Shown: positions 1 to 12,754 of the stretch, piece by piece
Position numbering within the stretch: position 1 is the first letter of the stretch
How the letters are laid out: each line of letters starts with the position of its first letter
Source: Felis catus
Taxonomy: Eukaryota
NCBI RefSeq assembly: GCF_018350175.1
Contig: NC_058373.1
Location: 99,698,001 to 99,762,000 of the forward strand
DNA length: 64,000 nt
Direction of reading: 5' to 3'
The notes under the pieces: model-generated
Databases searched by the model: none
Told to the model about the DNA's origin: nothing
What the model saw: only the letters and a program-made list of their open reading frames with translations
Program-made: the position numbers and the translations under genes

Positions 1-658
1 ATAGGGAGTATGTAAAATGGCACCTACCAGTGCTATTAAGGTGGAGGGAGAACAAGAAATGGCACTCACCAGTGCCTCCATTCCTGGAGTCCTAACAGAC
101 CCCTACTCCTCCAGCAGACACTTCAAGATTAACAAATGAATCTCATTCATATGCTTTTCAAACTGCTTTTCAAACTGCTTTTCAAACTGCTGCTTTTCAA
201 ACTGCTGCTTTTTTGCTGGATGCTGGGTTGAGTCAGTCTGCATGTGAGCCCTTTAAAGGTGGAAATCCCATTCCCTACAGCCCTATGATTCTCCTTGACA
301 TAAATCCCATTGGTTTTCAAAGCCAGATGTTTTGGGGGCTTGTCTATCTGGTACAGGTCCCAAGGTTTGAGGTGCCTGATTTGGGACACAGACCCCTCAA
401 TTTCAGGGAGAAATTCTATATTTGTAAGCTCCTTCATCATTATGAGTCATTGTACCAGGGGTGGGTTTTTTTTTGGTGGGACCACATCTCTGCCTCTCCT
501 ACCCATCCTTTTATGTGGTCCTTTTATTCTTTATAGTGGAGGAGCTACAGCTAGTTTACAGATCTTTTTTAGAGAGAATTATTTCATATGTACCTGTAGA
601 TTTGTTGTGCCATTGGAGAAGGTGAGTTCAGGACCTTCCTTTGCCACCATCTTCTCCC
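1..658 (-). mobile_element. Old LINE-1 5' end/5'UTR fragment
   Basis: The reverse complement of ~640-658 reads GGGAGAAGATGGTGGCAAAGG, resembling an L1 5' terminus. The downstream sequence is typical of L1 5'UTR/ORF1-leader. Confidence 0.55.
152..213. repeat. Short tandem repeat, 12-15 bp unit (TGCTTTTCAAAC)
   Basis: About 4.5 copies visible directly. Confidence 0.9.
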
Positions 659-941
659 ATTGTCTCTTAAACACATTCCAGTCAGGTGTCATCCACTGAA
701 CTCCCCCTCAGCAAAACTTCTCTTGCCGAAGTCACAGTGAGCTTCACCTTGTTAAACTCCATGATCCTTAGGTTACAGGATCAGGCAGCATTTCATATAG
801 TTTCTTCTCTTGGTTTTGAGGATATCACATTCTCTTGGTTTTTCTTCTACTTCATCGGCCACACATTGTGAGTCTCTGTTAATTCTCTCTTCTCTTTCAG
901 TCTGAATTCTGGAGAGCACAGGAGTTCTGTTCTCTTCTAGT

Positions 942-942
942 T

Positions 943-1006
<64 letters not shown>

Positions 1007-1170
1007 TCAGAGGCATGGGAGGGGCAGAGGAAGAGGGAGAGAGAGAATCTTAAGAAGGCCCCATGTGCAGCATAGAGCCTGATGCAGGACTGACCTCAAG
1101 ACCATGAGATCATGAATGACCTGAGCCAAAATCAAGAGTCAGATGCTTAACCAACTGAGCCATCCAGGTT
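942..1170 (-). mobile_element. Can-SINE with (TTTC)n microsatellite tail (942-1008)
   Basis: Reverse-strand SINE body (…cttaaccaactgagccatccagg) preceded by a long TTTC repeat. Confidence 0.85.
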
Positions 1171-1243
1171 TCTCCCCTTCTAATTTCTCTTTGCATTCAT
1201 AACTTTGACAATCTCATCCAGTATTATGGTTTTAAATACCAAC

Positions 1244-2504
1244 TGTTAGTTATGGCCCTCCAAGAAGCAGATGCCAATATGGGATTAGATGTGCAAGAGA
1301 TTTATATGTTGTGATGTATAAAGGAAGAAGGAATAACTGAGAGAGCTTTCAGATCATGATGACACCTATGGAAAGAGAGGAAGAAGGAGGGAGGTTTGGG
1401 CAGAAAGAGTCTCAAACTGCAGTACAGTTCTAAGAAACTCTGGTCAAGCCTATGGGGAGTCATGGAGCCAAAATTTCCCATTAGAGTTATTCCATGACCT
1501 ACAGGAATGGGTTTGCACTAGTACCCCAGCTGTGCCAGTCATTACTGGAACAGCCTAGGGGAATCAAGGCTTCTGTGTAAACATGGTGGTGGATATGGAG
1601 GGCTTGTTAGTCAACTACATTCCCCAGAGCAGATCTGAGTGGCTCATTTCCATGGCAGCCATAGTCCACCCTTAAGCTGCACAGATCTGCTTTTCCATAT
1701 AAGTTTGGGGAAGAGTTCTTCCATGGTTTCCATGACCTCTAGTCTTAAGTAAAAACTTAGAGGAGGGGGTATTGTTGGAATTGCTACCAAGGCATGATTG
1801 GCACTCATCATCTTCTCTCTCCATTACCCATTCTAAATTTTTCTCACTCTCAACTATCACCTCAGCAGCTCTTGGTGGCTTCCCTGGTGGGATGAGCCCT
1901 TTAATTTCAGGCTGGGGTTACTTCATGTGTCCATTCATGGTTACAAAGAGCTAGGGAGCACCAAGAGGCTTCCCAAGTGAATTGTCTAACAACAGCTCTA
2001 CCTCTCACCAAGACAGTAATGCTTCTTGCCTGCTTGGCCCTGGATACAAGGAATCCAGGGTGTTTTGATAGTGGCTGTAGTTTGTAGTTCAAGAGTTCCC
2101 TAGTAATGGTGAACCTCTTTGGAGGACCACAGTCTCTGACGCTGCAAATCCCAGTGTTGTAGGGACAGGAAGCACAAGCTCCCCAGCTGATCACTGAGAA
2201 TGATGGTGGGGAGAGCATTCATGCTGCCAACTATTGGCTCCCCAACCTGTATATTATTTCTAATGGGGACATAGTGCTATACAGAGATCTCTGATTTAGC
2301 ACATAGCACTGCATCTTAAATGATAATATCCATCCTCTCAGCAAATGGTCTCTGAGATGGTGCTTCACCTATGCCTTTGTAATACTGTTTCAGAATTCTG
2401 TGAGGCCTGCTTCTTCTGGGAAATATGGTATTTGGATCCCAAGGGCATGGGTTCAGTCCCACACATTCTTTTTTTTTTTTTTTTAATGTTTATTTATTTT
2501 TGAC

Positions 2505-2539
<35 letters not shown>

Positions 2540-3630
2540 ATGAGCGGGGGAGGGGCAGAGAGAGAGGAAGACACAGAATCCGAAGCAGGCTCCAGGCTCT
2601 GAGCTGAGAGCACAGCGCTCAATGCAGGGCTCGAACTCACAGACTGCAAGATCATGACCTGAGCCGAAGTCGGATGCTCAACTGACTGAGCCACCCAGGT
2701 GCCCCATTCCCACACATTCTTAATGTGAAACGAATCCCCTATGTTATGTGGGATCCCATATCTGTGGGTCAAGCATTCTATAAGCCACCAGATAAGAATG
2801 CTGGCTGAGGCTCACTCTATGGGCAGGAAAGGCAAAGAATGCCCAGAAAAAGCATTCGTCCCCCTTATGAAAACCAGTTGCTTATCCTTTCAGGATGAAA
2901 GAAGCCTAATGACTTGCCACCAGTTGGCTGATTGGTCTCAAGGAATAGTATCACATTCAGTTGCTCAGTATTGGTCTCTATTGCTGACAGGTCAGACATT
3001 CAGAGGCAAGAGTAGCTAAATCAGGTCATTAGCCTCCATCTCAATCACCATGGCCACTCCATTCATGTGCCCATCATGCCATATCTGGGGTGGCTGATGA
3101 TGAAGCCTGGCTAATGTCAATTGGTTGAGTCAATTTGTCTGCTTGGTTGTTCAGAGCCCCTTCTATGGCAGATGTTTTCTGGTGAGCATTATATATGACA
3201 CAAAGATCATTACACTTCATGACTTCTTCCATAGGTCCATCAGATAGCTCTACAACAGCCTTCATTATCTCTGATTTTCCAGTACATTTCTTTTTCAGGC
3301 AGGCAGGCCATTGGCCATGGCACAGGAATCAATATGCATTCTCAGCTCAGACCACTTCAACATAAAGTGGATGACCAGGTACACCTCTCACAGTTCCACC
3401 CACTGAAAGGATTTTCATTCTTCACTGTATTTCAAGACCACTCCTGAATGTGACTATAATGCAGCCACTGTTCATCTTCAGCTTATACAACATACCAACC
3501 CAACTCATCTGTAAACCAAGCTTGGGATTATGCCTCCTCTTTCAGATAGTCATATGGGTTTCTCCATATGCCAGAAGTATGGGGGGAGGTGCACTGGTGC
3601 AACTGGGGGGTGGGGTGACCTGAGGGTCTG
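1244..3630 (-). mobile_element. Decayed ERVL element: LTR16-like LTR (~1244-1670) plus internal pol remnant (RNaseH/integrase)
   Basis: Minus-strand peptide YNAHQKTSAIEGALNNQADKLTQPIDISQ.. followed by remnants of WAHE..GHG..CxxCQQ..QSANWWQV, resembling the ERVL integrase zinc-finger region. Many stops and frameshifts. Confidence 0.75.
2471..2707 (-). mobile_element. Can-SINE inserted in the ERVL remnant
   Basis: Full SINE with (GA)n tract. TSD TCCCACACATTCTT at 2457-2470 and 2708-2721. Confidence 0.95.
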
Positions 3631-3859
3631 GGTAAATGGCTAATACAGCTTATTCATGCCCTTTGGTTCTACTTGGGTTGATCCCAGATATATCATTTCC
3701 CTTTTACAATGCAGTGCTCCTGGGCTCATCTGACTTAAGACTTGGTGGGTTTAATAACAGGAATCTTGGTCAGTTTAGTTCACTGACTTATTCCAAGTGC
3801 CTAGAACAGTTTTTGGAATATAATAAGAGCACAACAAATATCTACTGAGGAAATAAATT

Positions 3860-5200
3860 AATGTAATAGAAAGGAAAGAAAAATTTTAAGCATTTTTTTA
3901 AAAAATTAGTTCCTTAAAAAGGCTAATGAAATCAATCAAAAGTTAGTAAAATTTATCAATTTAAAAAGGGAGATGGTGCAAATAAATAATATTATAAATC
4001 AAAAAATGAGACAGAGGAACAGCTATGATAGTTTTAAAAATGAGTAAACCACTTCTTATCTTTACTCCTACCATCTTTACTCTTCCAAACCCCCTTTCCT
4101 GAATGTCTACTTGTTTTCCTTGTGTCCAGTCTGCCACCACCCCAAGTCTATTTTCTATACAGCTACCAGAATGATCTCTTTTTTTAAACTTTTTACTTTA
4201 AACTAATTTTAGATTAACAGAAAAGTTACAAAAATAGAATATTTCCCATATACCCTTTACCCAGTTTCTCTTCATGTTACGTAACAATAGTACAAAGATC
4301 AAAACCAAGAAATTAACATTGGTACAGTATTATTCACTAAATTTCAGACCTTATTCAACTCTGACTTGCTTTTCCACTAATATTCTTTTCCTGTTCCAGG
4401 ATCCTATCCAGGCCCAACGTTGTATTTAACTGTTATTTTTCCTTAGTCTCTTCCAATATGTGACATTTCCTTAGACTTCGCTTCTTTTTATAATATTGAC
4501 ACTTTTGAAGAGTATCGAGCAATTAAAGAAGGTAAATTATATCACATTTTGAGAGAGAGAGAGAAAAACTACTAAGAAAAACTTTATGTCTATAAATTTG
4601 AAAACTTGGATTCAGGAACCATTCCTAGAAAAACAAACTAGTCAAAGGAGACTCAAAAAGAAACCCTAATGAAGCCTAGAGCTATTAAAGAACAATATGA
4701 CAGTCAATTCCTCCATCTTATGTTATGAGGCAAGTATATGCTTGATACTAAACCTAAGGAAGAGCAACATGAGAAAAGAAAAATGTAGAACAGTCTCCAA
4801 AATAAATAGAGAAGCATGATTCTTGCCAATCTATGTGGGTCAAAAAATGTGATCATCTCAAGATATTTAGAAAAGGCATTTGATAAGGATGACACACATA
4901 TATGACTTAGAAAAAAAATCTATTAGCACGCTAGAAAAAAATGGGAACTTCCTTAACTTGATAAACAGTATCTACCAAAAACCTAGAGCTAATTTTATAC
5001 TCAATGATGAATCATTAGAAACATTTCTTTTCAAGAAGAAACATGATATATGCCATCACTATTTCCATTTAACATTTTACTGGATGTCCAAGGAAAATAT
5101 GAAAAGGCATAATGACTGGAAGGAAAAACAACCATAATGGTCATTACACATACAGATGATATCATTCTCTGCACTACAGTTCAAAACAAGAAAAATCTAT
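3860..5200 (+). mobile_element. Ancient L1 (L1M-type) ORF2 remnants, interrupted by an antisense L1 3' fragment (~4180-4520)
   Basis: Peptide remnant GNFLNLINSIYQKPRANFILNDESLETFL resembles L1 RT region 'G.yLniIkaIY.[11 protein letters not shown].l..fpl'. Confidence 0.65.
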
Positions 5201-5204
5201 GGAT

Positions 5205-5405
5205 GGGGCACGTGGGTGGCTCAGCTAGTTAAGCATCTGACTTCAGCTCAGGTCGTGATCTCGTGGTTCATGAGTTCAAGCCCCACAACAGGCTCTGTGC
5301 TGACAGCTTAGAGCCTGGAGCCTGCTTCTGATTCTGTGTCTCCCACTCTCTGCCCCTCCCCTGCTTGTGCTCATTCTCTCTCAAAAATAAGTAAACATTA
5401 AAAAA
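5205..5405 (+). mobile_element. Can-SINE
   Basis: GGGGCACGTGGGTGGCTCAG head, CT tract and A-rich tail. Confidence 0.9.
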
Positions 5406-5470
5406 TTTTTTAAAGCTACAGATAAGTTATATGAAATAAGAAAGTTCATTTATTTTATTTTAAAAGTTTT

Positions 5471-5703
5471 GGGGCACCTGGCTGGATCAGTCAGTTGAAC
5501 ATCCAACTTCAGCTCAGGTCATGATCTCGTAGTTCATGAGTTCAAGCCCCACACTGGGCTATGTGCTGACAGCTCAGAGCCTGGAACCTGCTTTGGATTC
5601 TGTGTCTCCCGTTCTCTCTGCCCCTCCCTGACTCATGCTCTGTCTCTCTCTCTCTCTCTCTGTCTCTCTCCTTCTCTCGAAAATAAATAAACATTAAAAA
5701 AGA
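5471..5703 (+). mobile_element. Can-SINE whose tail is the target site of the long L1
   Basis: GGGGCACCTGGCTGGATCAG head, (CT)n tract and AATAAA tail. Confidence 0.9.
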
Positions 5704-8700
5704 GGCAGGAGGGGCCAACATGGTGGAGAAGTAGGGGGATCCATACTTCCCACATCTTTCAAACAAAGAAGTGCTGAAGCCAAAGGTCTTTGAACCCCAG
5801 AGTCGGGGAGGAAAGGAGACTGAATCTACCAGAAAGAAAAGTGGACAACTTGAGAAAACACAGAGCTACTCCAAGGAACAAATCAAAGCACACCTGGTGG
5901 AGGGTCCCAACTATCACTATGAGTAGGGTAATAAAATAACCAAAGTCACAACAACAGAAAGCTAGTAACAATCTCCAAAAAACACATCTCCTGAAGGGCC
6001 AGGCCCTGGACAGTATATGACCCCCACTTTAATATAGCATTGCTTGCAGGTGCAGAGCACAAAACAAGCTTTTAAAATGCATAAGGGACAGAAAACTAGC
6101 CAAAATGATGAAACAGAAGAATTCTCCTCAAATGAAATTCCAGGAAGTAGCAACAGCTAACGAACTGATCAAAACTGATTTAAGCAGTATAACTAAACAA
6201 AAATTTAGAATACTAGTCATAACATTAATCGGCTGGGCTTAAAAAAGCATACAGGACAACAGAGCATCTATTGCTACAGATCAAGGAACTAAAAAATAGT
6301 CATGACGAATTTAAAAATGCTATAAATGAGGTGCAAAATAAAATGGAGGTAGCAACAGTGCGAACTGAAGAGGCAGAGGGGAGAATAGGTGAATTAGAAG
6401 ATAAAATTATGGAAAAAGAGAAAGCTGTGAAAAGAGAGATTTAGAAAATCCAGGATTACAAGGGGAGAACTAGAGAACGAAGTAATGAAATCAAATGGAA
6501 CAATATCCATATCATAGGAATTCCAGAAGAAGAAGAGAGAGAGAAAGCGGCTGAAGGTGTACTTGAATAAATCATAGCTGAGAACTTCCCCGATGTGGGG
6601 AAGGAAATAGGCATTGAAATTCAAGAGGCACAGAGAACGCCCTGTAAACATAACCCAAATCAATCTTCTGCATGGTATATCATAGTGAAACTGACAAAAT
6701 ACCAGGATAGAGAAAGAATTCTGATAGCAGCTAGGGATAAACGGGCCTTAACATACAAAGATAGACACATAAGGGAAGTAGCAGACCTATCTACTGAAAC
6801 TTGGCAAGCTAGAATGGGATGGCAGGAAATCTTCAATGTGATGAACAGGAAAAATATGCAGCCAAGAATCCTTTATCCAGCAAGCCTGTCATTCAGAATA
6901 GAAGGAGAGATAAAGGTTTTCCCAAACAACAAAAACTGAAGGAATTAATCACCACTAAACCAGCCCTACAAGAGATCCTAACGGGGACTATGTGAGTGAA
7001 ATGTTGCAAGGACATCAGAGACATCACTACAAGCATGAAACCTACAGACATCACAATGACTCTAAACCCGTATCTTTCAGTAATAACACTGAATGTAAAT
7101 GGACTAAATGCTCCAGTCAAAAGACATAGGGTATCAGAATGGATAAAAAAAAAACAAGACCCATCTATTTGCTATCTACAAGAGACTCACTTTAGACCTG
7201 AGGACACCTTCAGATTGAAAGTGAGGGGATGGAGAACTATCCATCATGATTCTGGAAGTCAAAAGAAAGCTGGAATAGCCATACTTATATCAGACAAACT
7301 AGACTTTAAATTAAAGGTTGTAAAAAGAGATGAAGAAGGGCATTATATAATAATTACAGGGTCTATCCATTGGAAGAGCTAACAATTATAAATGTCTATG
7401 CACCGAACATGGAAGCCCCCAAATATATAAAACAATTAATCACAAACATAAGCAATCTTATTGATAAGAATATGGTAACTTCAGGGGACTCTAATACACC
7501 ACTTACAACAATGGACAGATCATATAGACACAGAATCAATAAAGAAACAAGGGCCCTGAATGATACATTGGACCAGATGGATGTGACAGATATATTTAGA
7601 ACTCTGCATCCCAAAGCAACAGAATATACTTTCTTCTCAAGTGCACATGGAACATTCTCCAAGATAGATCACATACTGGGTCACAAAACAGCCCTTCATA
7701 AGTATACAAGAATTGAGATTATACCATGCACACTTTCAGACCACAATGCTATGAAGCTTGAAATTAACCACAGGAAAAAGTCTGGAAAACCTCCAAAAGC
7801 ATGGAGGTTAAAGAACACCCTACTAAAGAATGAATGGGTCCACCAAGCAATTAGACAAGAAATTAAACAATATATGGAAACAAATGAAAATGAAAATACA
7901 ACAATCGAAACACTTTGGGATGCAGCAAAGGCAGTCCTGAGAGGAAAATACATTGCAATCCAGTCCTATCTCAAGAAACAAGAAAAATCCCAAATACAAA
8001 ATCTAACAGCACACCTAAAGAAAATAGAAGCAGAACAGCAAAGACACCCCAAACCCAGCAGAAGAAGAGAAATAATAGAGATCAGAGCAGATATAAACAA
8101 TATAGAATCCAAACAAACAGTAGAGCAGATCAATGAAACCAAGAGTTGGTTTTTTGAAAAAATAAACAAAATGGATAAACCTCTAGCCAGTTTCTCAAAA
8201 AGAAAAGGGAGATGACCTAAATAGATAAAATCATGAATGAAAATGGAATTATTACAACCAATCCCTCAGAAATAGAAACAATTATCAGGGAATACTATGA
8301 AAAATTATATGCCAAAAAACTGGACAACCTGGAAGAAATGGACAAATTCCTAAACAGTCACACACTTCCAAACCTCAAACAGGAAGAAATAGAAAATTTG
8401 AACAGACCCATACCCAGCAAAGAAATGGAATCAGTTATCAAAAATCTCCCAACAAATAAGAGTCCTGGACCAGATGGCTTCCCAGGGGAATTCTACCAGA
8501 CATTTAAAGGAGAGTTAATACCTATCCTTCTCAAGCTCTTCCAAAAAATAGAAAGGGAAGGAAAACTTCCAGACTCATTCTATGTAGCCAGCACTACTTT
8601 GATTCCGAAACCAGACAGAGACCCAGCAAAAAAAGAGAACTATAGGCCAATATCCCTGATGAATATGGATGCAAAAATTCTCAATAAGATACTAGCAAAT

Positions 8701-11460
8701 CATATTCAACGGCATATAAAAAGAATTATTCATCATGATCAAGGGGGATTCATTCCTGGGCTGCAAGGCTGGTTCAATATTTGCAAATCAATCAATGTGA
8801 TACATCACATTAATAAAAGAAAAGATAAGAACCATATGATCCTGTCAATCAATGCAGAAAAAGCATTTGGCAAAATTCAGTATCCTTTCTTAATAAAAAC
8901 TCTCAAGAAAGTTGAGATAGAAGGAACATACTTAAACATCATAAAAGCCATTTATGAAAAACCCACAGCTAATATCATCCTCAATGGGGAGAAACAGAGA
9001 TTTTCCCCTGAGATCTGGAATAGATAGGGATGTCCGCTCTTACCACTGTTGTCTGACATGGTGCTGGAAGTCCTAGCATCAGCAGTCAGACAACAAAATG
9101 AAATCAGAGGCATCAAAATTGGCAAAGATGAAGTCAAGCTTTCACTTTTTGCAGATAACATGATACTCTACATGGAAAACCCCACAGCCTCCACCAAATG
9201 TCTGCAAAGTTGAAGGGTACAAAATCAATGTACAGAAATCGGTTGCATTTTTATACACCAATAATGAAGCAACACAAAGAGAAATAAAGAAACTGATCCC
9301 ATTCACAACTGCACCAACAACCATAAAATACCTAGGAATAAACCTAACCAAAGATGTAAAAGATCTGTATGCTGAGAACTATAGAAAGCTTATGAAGGAA
9401 ATTGAAGAAGACACAAAGAAATGGAAGAACATTCCAAGCTCAAGGATTAGAAGAATAAATATTGCTAAAATGTCAATACTACCCAAAGCAATCTACACAT
9501 TCAATGCAATCCCAATCAAAATTACACCAGCATTCTTCTCAAAGCTAGAACAAGCAATCCTAAAATTTGTATGGAACCACAAAAGACCCCAAACAGCCAA
9601 AGTAATCTTGAAGAAGAAAACCAAAGTGGAAGGCATCACAATCCAGACTTTAGCCTCTACTACAAAGCTATAATCATTAAGACGGTATGGTATGGGCACA
9701 AAAACAGACACATACACCAATGGAATAGAATAGAGAACCCAGAATTGGACCCACAAATGTATGGCCAGCTAATCTTTGACAAAGCAGCAAAGAGTATCCA
9801 ATGGAAAAAAGACAGTCTGTTTAACAAATGGTTATGGACAGCAACATGCAGAAGAATGAAACTAGACCACTTTCTTACACTATACACAAAAATAAACTCA
9901 AAATGGATAAAGGACCTGAATGTGAGACTGGAAACCATCAAAACCGTAGAGAAGAAAGCAGGCAACAACCTCTTTGACCTAGGCCGCAGTAATTTCTTAC
10001 TCGACACATCTCCACGGGCAAGGGAATTAAAAGCAAAAATGAACTATTGGGACCTCATCAAGATAAAAAGCTTCTTCTGCACTGCAAAGGAAACAATCAA
10101 CAAAGCTAAAAGGCAACCGATGGAATGGGAAAAGATATTTGCAAATGACATATCGGATAAGAGCTAGTATCCAAAACCTATAAAGAACTTACCAAACTCC
10201 ACACCTGAAAAACAAATAATCTGGTGAAGAAATGGGTAGAAGACATAAATAGACACTTTTCCAAAGAAGACATCCAGACGGCCAACAGACACATGAAAAG
10301 ATGCTCAACGTCACTCCTCATCAGGGAAATACAAATCAAAACCACACGGAGATACAACCTCACACCAGTCAGAGTGGCTAAAATGAAAAAATCAGGAGAC
10401 TATAGATGCTGGAGATGTGGAGAAATGGGAACCCTCTTGCACTGTTGGTGGGAATGCAAACTGGTGCAGCCGCTCTGGAAAACAGTGTGGAGGTTCCTCA
10501 AAAAATTAAAAATAGATCTACCCTGTGACCCTGCAATAGCACTGCTAGAAATTTACCCAAGGGATACAGGAGTGCTGATGCACAGGGGCACTTGTACCCC
10601 AATGTTTATAGCAGCACTTTCTTTTTTTTTTTTTTTAGCATGAGATAGGTATTTTTATTTATTTATTTTTCAATATATGAAATTTATTGTCAAGTTGGTT
10701 TCCATACAACACCCGGTGCTCATCTCAAAAGGTGCCCTCCTCAATACCCATCACCCACCCTCCCCTCCCTCCCACCCCCCATCAACCCTCAGTTTGTTCT
10801 CAGTTTTTAAGAGTCTCTTATGCTTTGGCTCTCTCCCACTCTAACCTCTTTTTTTTTTTTCTTCCTCTCCCCCATGGGTTTCTGTTAAGTTTCTCAGGAT
10901 CCACCTAAGAGTGAAACCATATGGTATCTGTCTTTCTCTGTATGGCTTATTTCACTTAGCATCACACTCTCCAGTTCCATCCATGTTGCTACAAAGTATA
11001 GCAGCACTTTCAACAACAGCCAAATTATGGAAAGAGCCTACATGTCCATCAACTGATGAATGGATAAAGAAATTGTGGTTTATATACACAAAGGAATACT
11101 ACTTGGCAATGAGAAAGAATGAAATATGGCCTTTTGTAGCAATGTGGATGGAACTGGACAGTGTTAATAATAAGTGAAATAAGCCATACAGAGAAAGACA
11201 GATACCTTATGTTTTCACTCTTATGTGGTTCCTGAGAAACTTAAGACCATGGGGGAGGGGAAGGGAAAACAAAAGTTAGAGAGGGAGGGAACCAAACCAT
11301 AAGAGACTCTTGAATGCTGAGAACAAACTGAGGGTTGATGGGGGGGGGGGGGGGAAGGAGAAGGGAAAGTGGGTGATGGGCATTGAGGAGGACACCTGTT
11401 GGGATGAACACTGGGTATTGTATGGCAGCCAATTTGACAATAAATTATATTTAATATAAA
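5704..11460 (+). mobile_element. Near full-length feline-type LINE-1, inactive (ORF1 ~6105-6995 and ORF2 ~7056-11170 both disrupted)
   Basis: ORF1 peptide (EIQEAQRTP…MQPRILYPASLSF), ORF2 endonuclease (ITLNVNGLNAPVKR…SDHN), RT ([15 protein letters not shown]…[14 protein letters not shown]) and the Cys-rich C-terminus. Multiple frameshifts. Catalytic FADD reads FADN at 9148-9159. G-rich 3'UTR and A tail. Imperfect TSD AAATAAACATT(A/G)AA at ~5685-5703 and 11461-11477. Confidence 0.96.
10622..10996 (-). mobile_element. 5'-truncated young L1 nested antisense in ORF2 of the long L1
   Basis: Perfect 15-bp TSD TATAGCAGCACTTTC (10607-10621 and 10997-11011), poly(T) at 10622-10636, and reverse-complement L1 3'UTR. 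Confidence 0.95.
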
Positions 11461-11479
11461 AAATAAACATTGAAAGAAT

Positions 11480-11685
11480 TTTTTAAGTTTATTAATTTTG
11501 AAAGAGAATGTGCAAGCAGGGGAGGGACAGAGAGAGAGAGAGATGGAGAGAGAGAGACTCCCAAGCAGCCTCCATGCTGTCAGTACAGAGCCTGATGCAG
11601 GGCTTGAACTCATGAGCAGTGAGATTATGACCTGAGCTGAAATTAAGAGTCAGACGCTTAACTGACTGAGCCACCCAGGTGCCTG
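11480..11685 (-). mobile_element. Can-SINE
   Basis: Reverse-strand SINE ending …gagccacccaggtgcc. Confidence 0.9.
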
Positions 11686-12246
11686 GAAAGCTCATTTATT
11701 TTAGAAATTAAGAAGCAGATCCGATCTGGAGACTGAGTACGAGAAGGAAGAAATAAGCATGATACCTAGTGTTCCAGCTTCAGAAAATATGTAATGTGTT
11801 AACATTTACTTAGATTGCTAATTCTGTAGGAAAGTGAGCCTTGAGTTAGGGCAGAGTCATAGTAGGTGAGTGACTTCCTGGAGTATTTAATATATGGGGC
11901 CCTAAACATCACTGGAAATATAAGGAGATGGAGAAAACTGTTTGCAGAACTTCTGGGAGAGAAATTACTACATGTAGTTGTAAGGAATACTCTGATAAGC
12001 CACTTCAGATGGAGGTAAGACTCCTCTCCTTCCAAGAAAACATTCTTTTAAAGGTGACAACTCACTTGACTGACTCTACAAAAGACAGGCTCTGATTGGC
12101 CATGTTGGTTTTTTTTTTTTTCTGAATGGGATATCCAAGTTTGGGACCAAACCGATTTGGTCAGGAAAACAGAAAAGAGGCCAGGTTTTTGGAACAGTAA
12201 CAATTCTTTCTCTAGCCTTCCATTCTAAACAAAGGTTGAAAGGATG

Positions 12247-12313
12247 AAGTGGAGTGCCAAGTTAGTAAGTTAACTAAGAGATAAGTGGGGTGCCAAGTTA
12301 GTAAATTAACTAA
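12247..12313. repeat. Imperfect direct duplication, 31-bp unit, period 36
   Basis: AAGTGG(A/G)GTGCCAAGTTAGTAA(G/A)TTAACTAA at 12247-12277 and 12283-12313. Confidence 0.85.
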
Positions 12314-12754
12314 CTCAGGCTAGGTGGTGGAAACTGACAAATTGAGCTCAGTTGTGACAAGTAAGTTGCAAATATTTCAAGTAGGTGGCTGGATGTGTGT
12401 GTGTGTGTGTGGAGCCTAGAAATGCATTATTTGAGAGTTATCACATATGAAGGAGAGCTGAAACCATGGGCATGGATGAATGGATGAAGCCCAGAGGGCG
12501 TAGAAAGCAATAGAGAGGAGAGGCGCTCCAAGAATGGAATGCTGAAAAGGAGAAACTGAGAATGGATGGCCAGAGAAGTGGAAAACTGTCTTGAAAGTAT
12601 CTTGAAAGAACCCAGGAAGAACTTTGAGGAGAAAATGTGCATGGGTGACAAATATTAGCAGAGTGAAAAGTGCTCACTGTCAAAGTCACATAGGCAACTT
12701 AACCAAGTTCAATCTACTCCATGAAATACACTGATGTTAAAACAATATTTTACC

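Noticed and set aside
7056..11170. Functional L1 ORF2 or a domesticated reverse transcriptase
   Set aside because: Multiple frameshifts, FADD changed to FADN, a small deletion near 9200 and a nested insertion.
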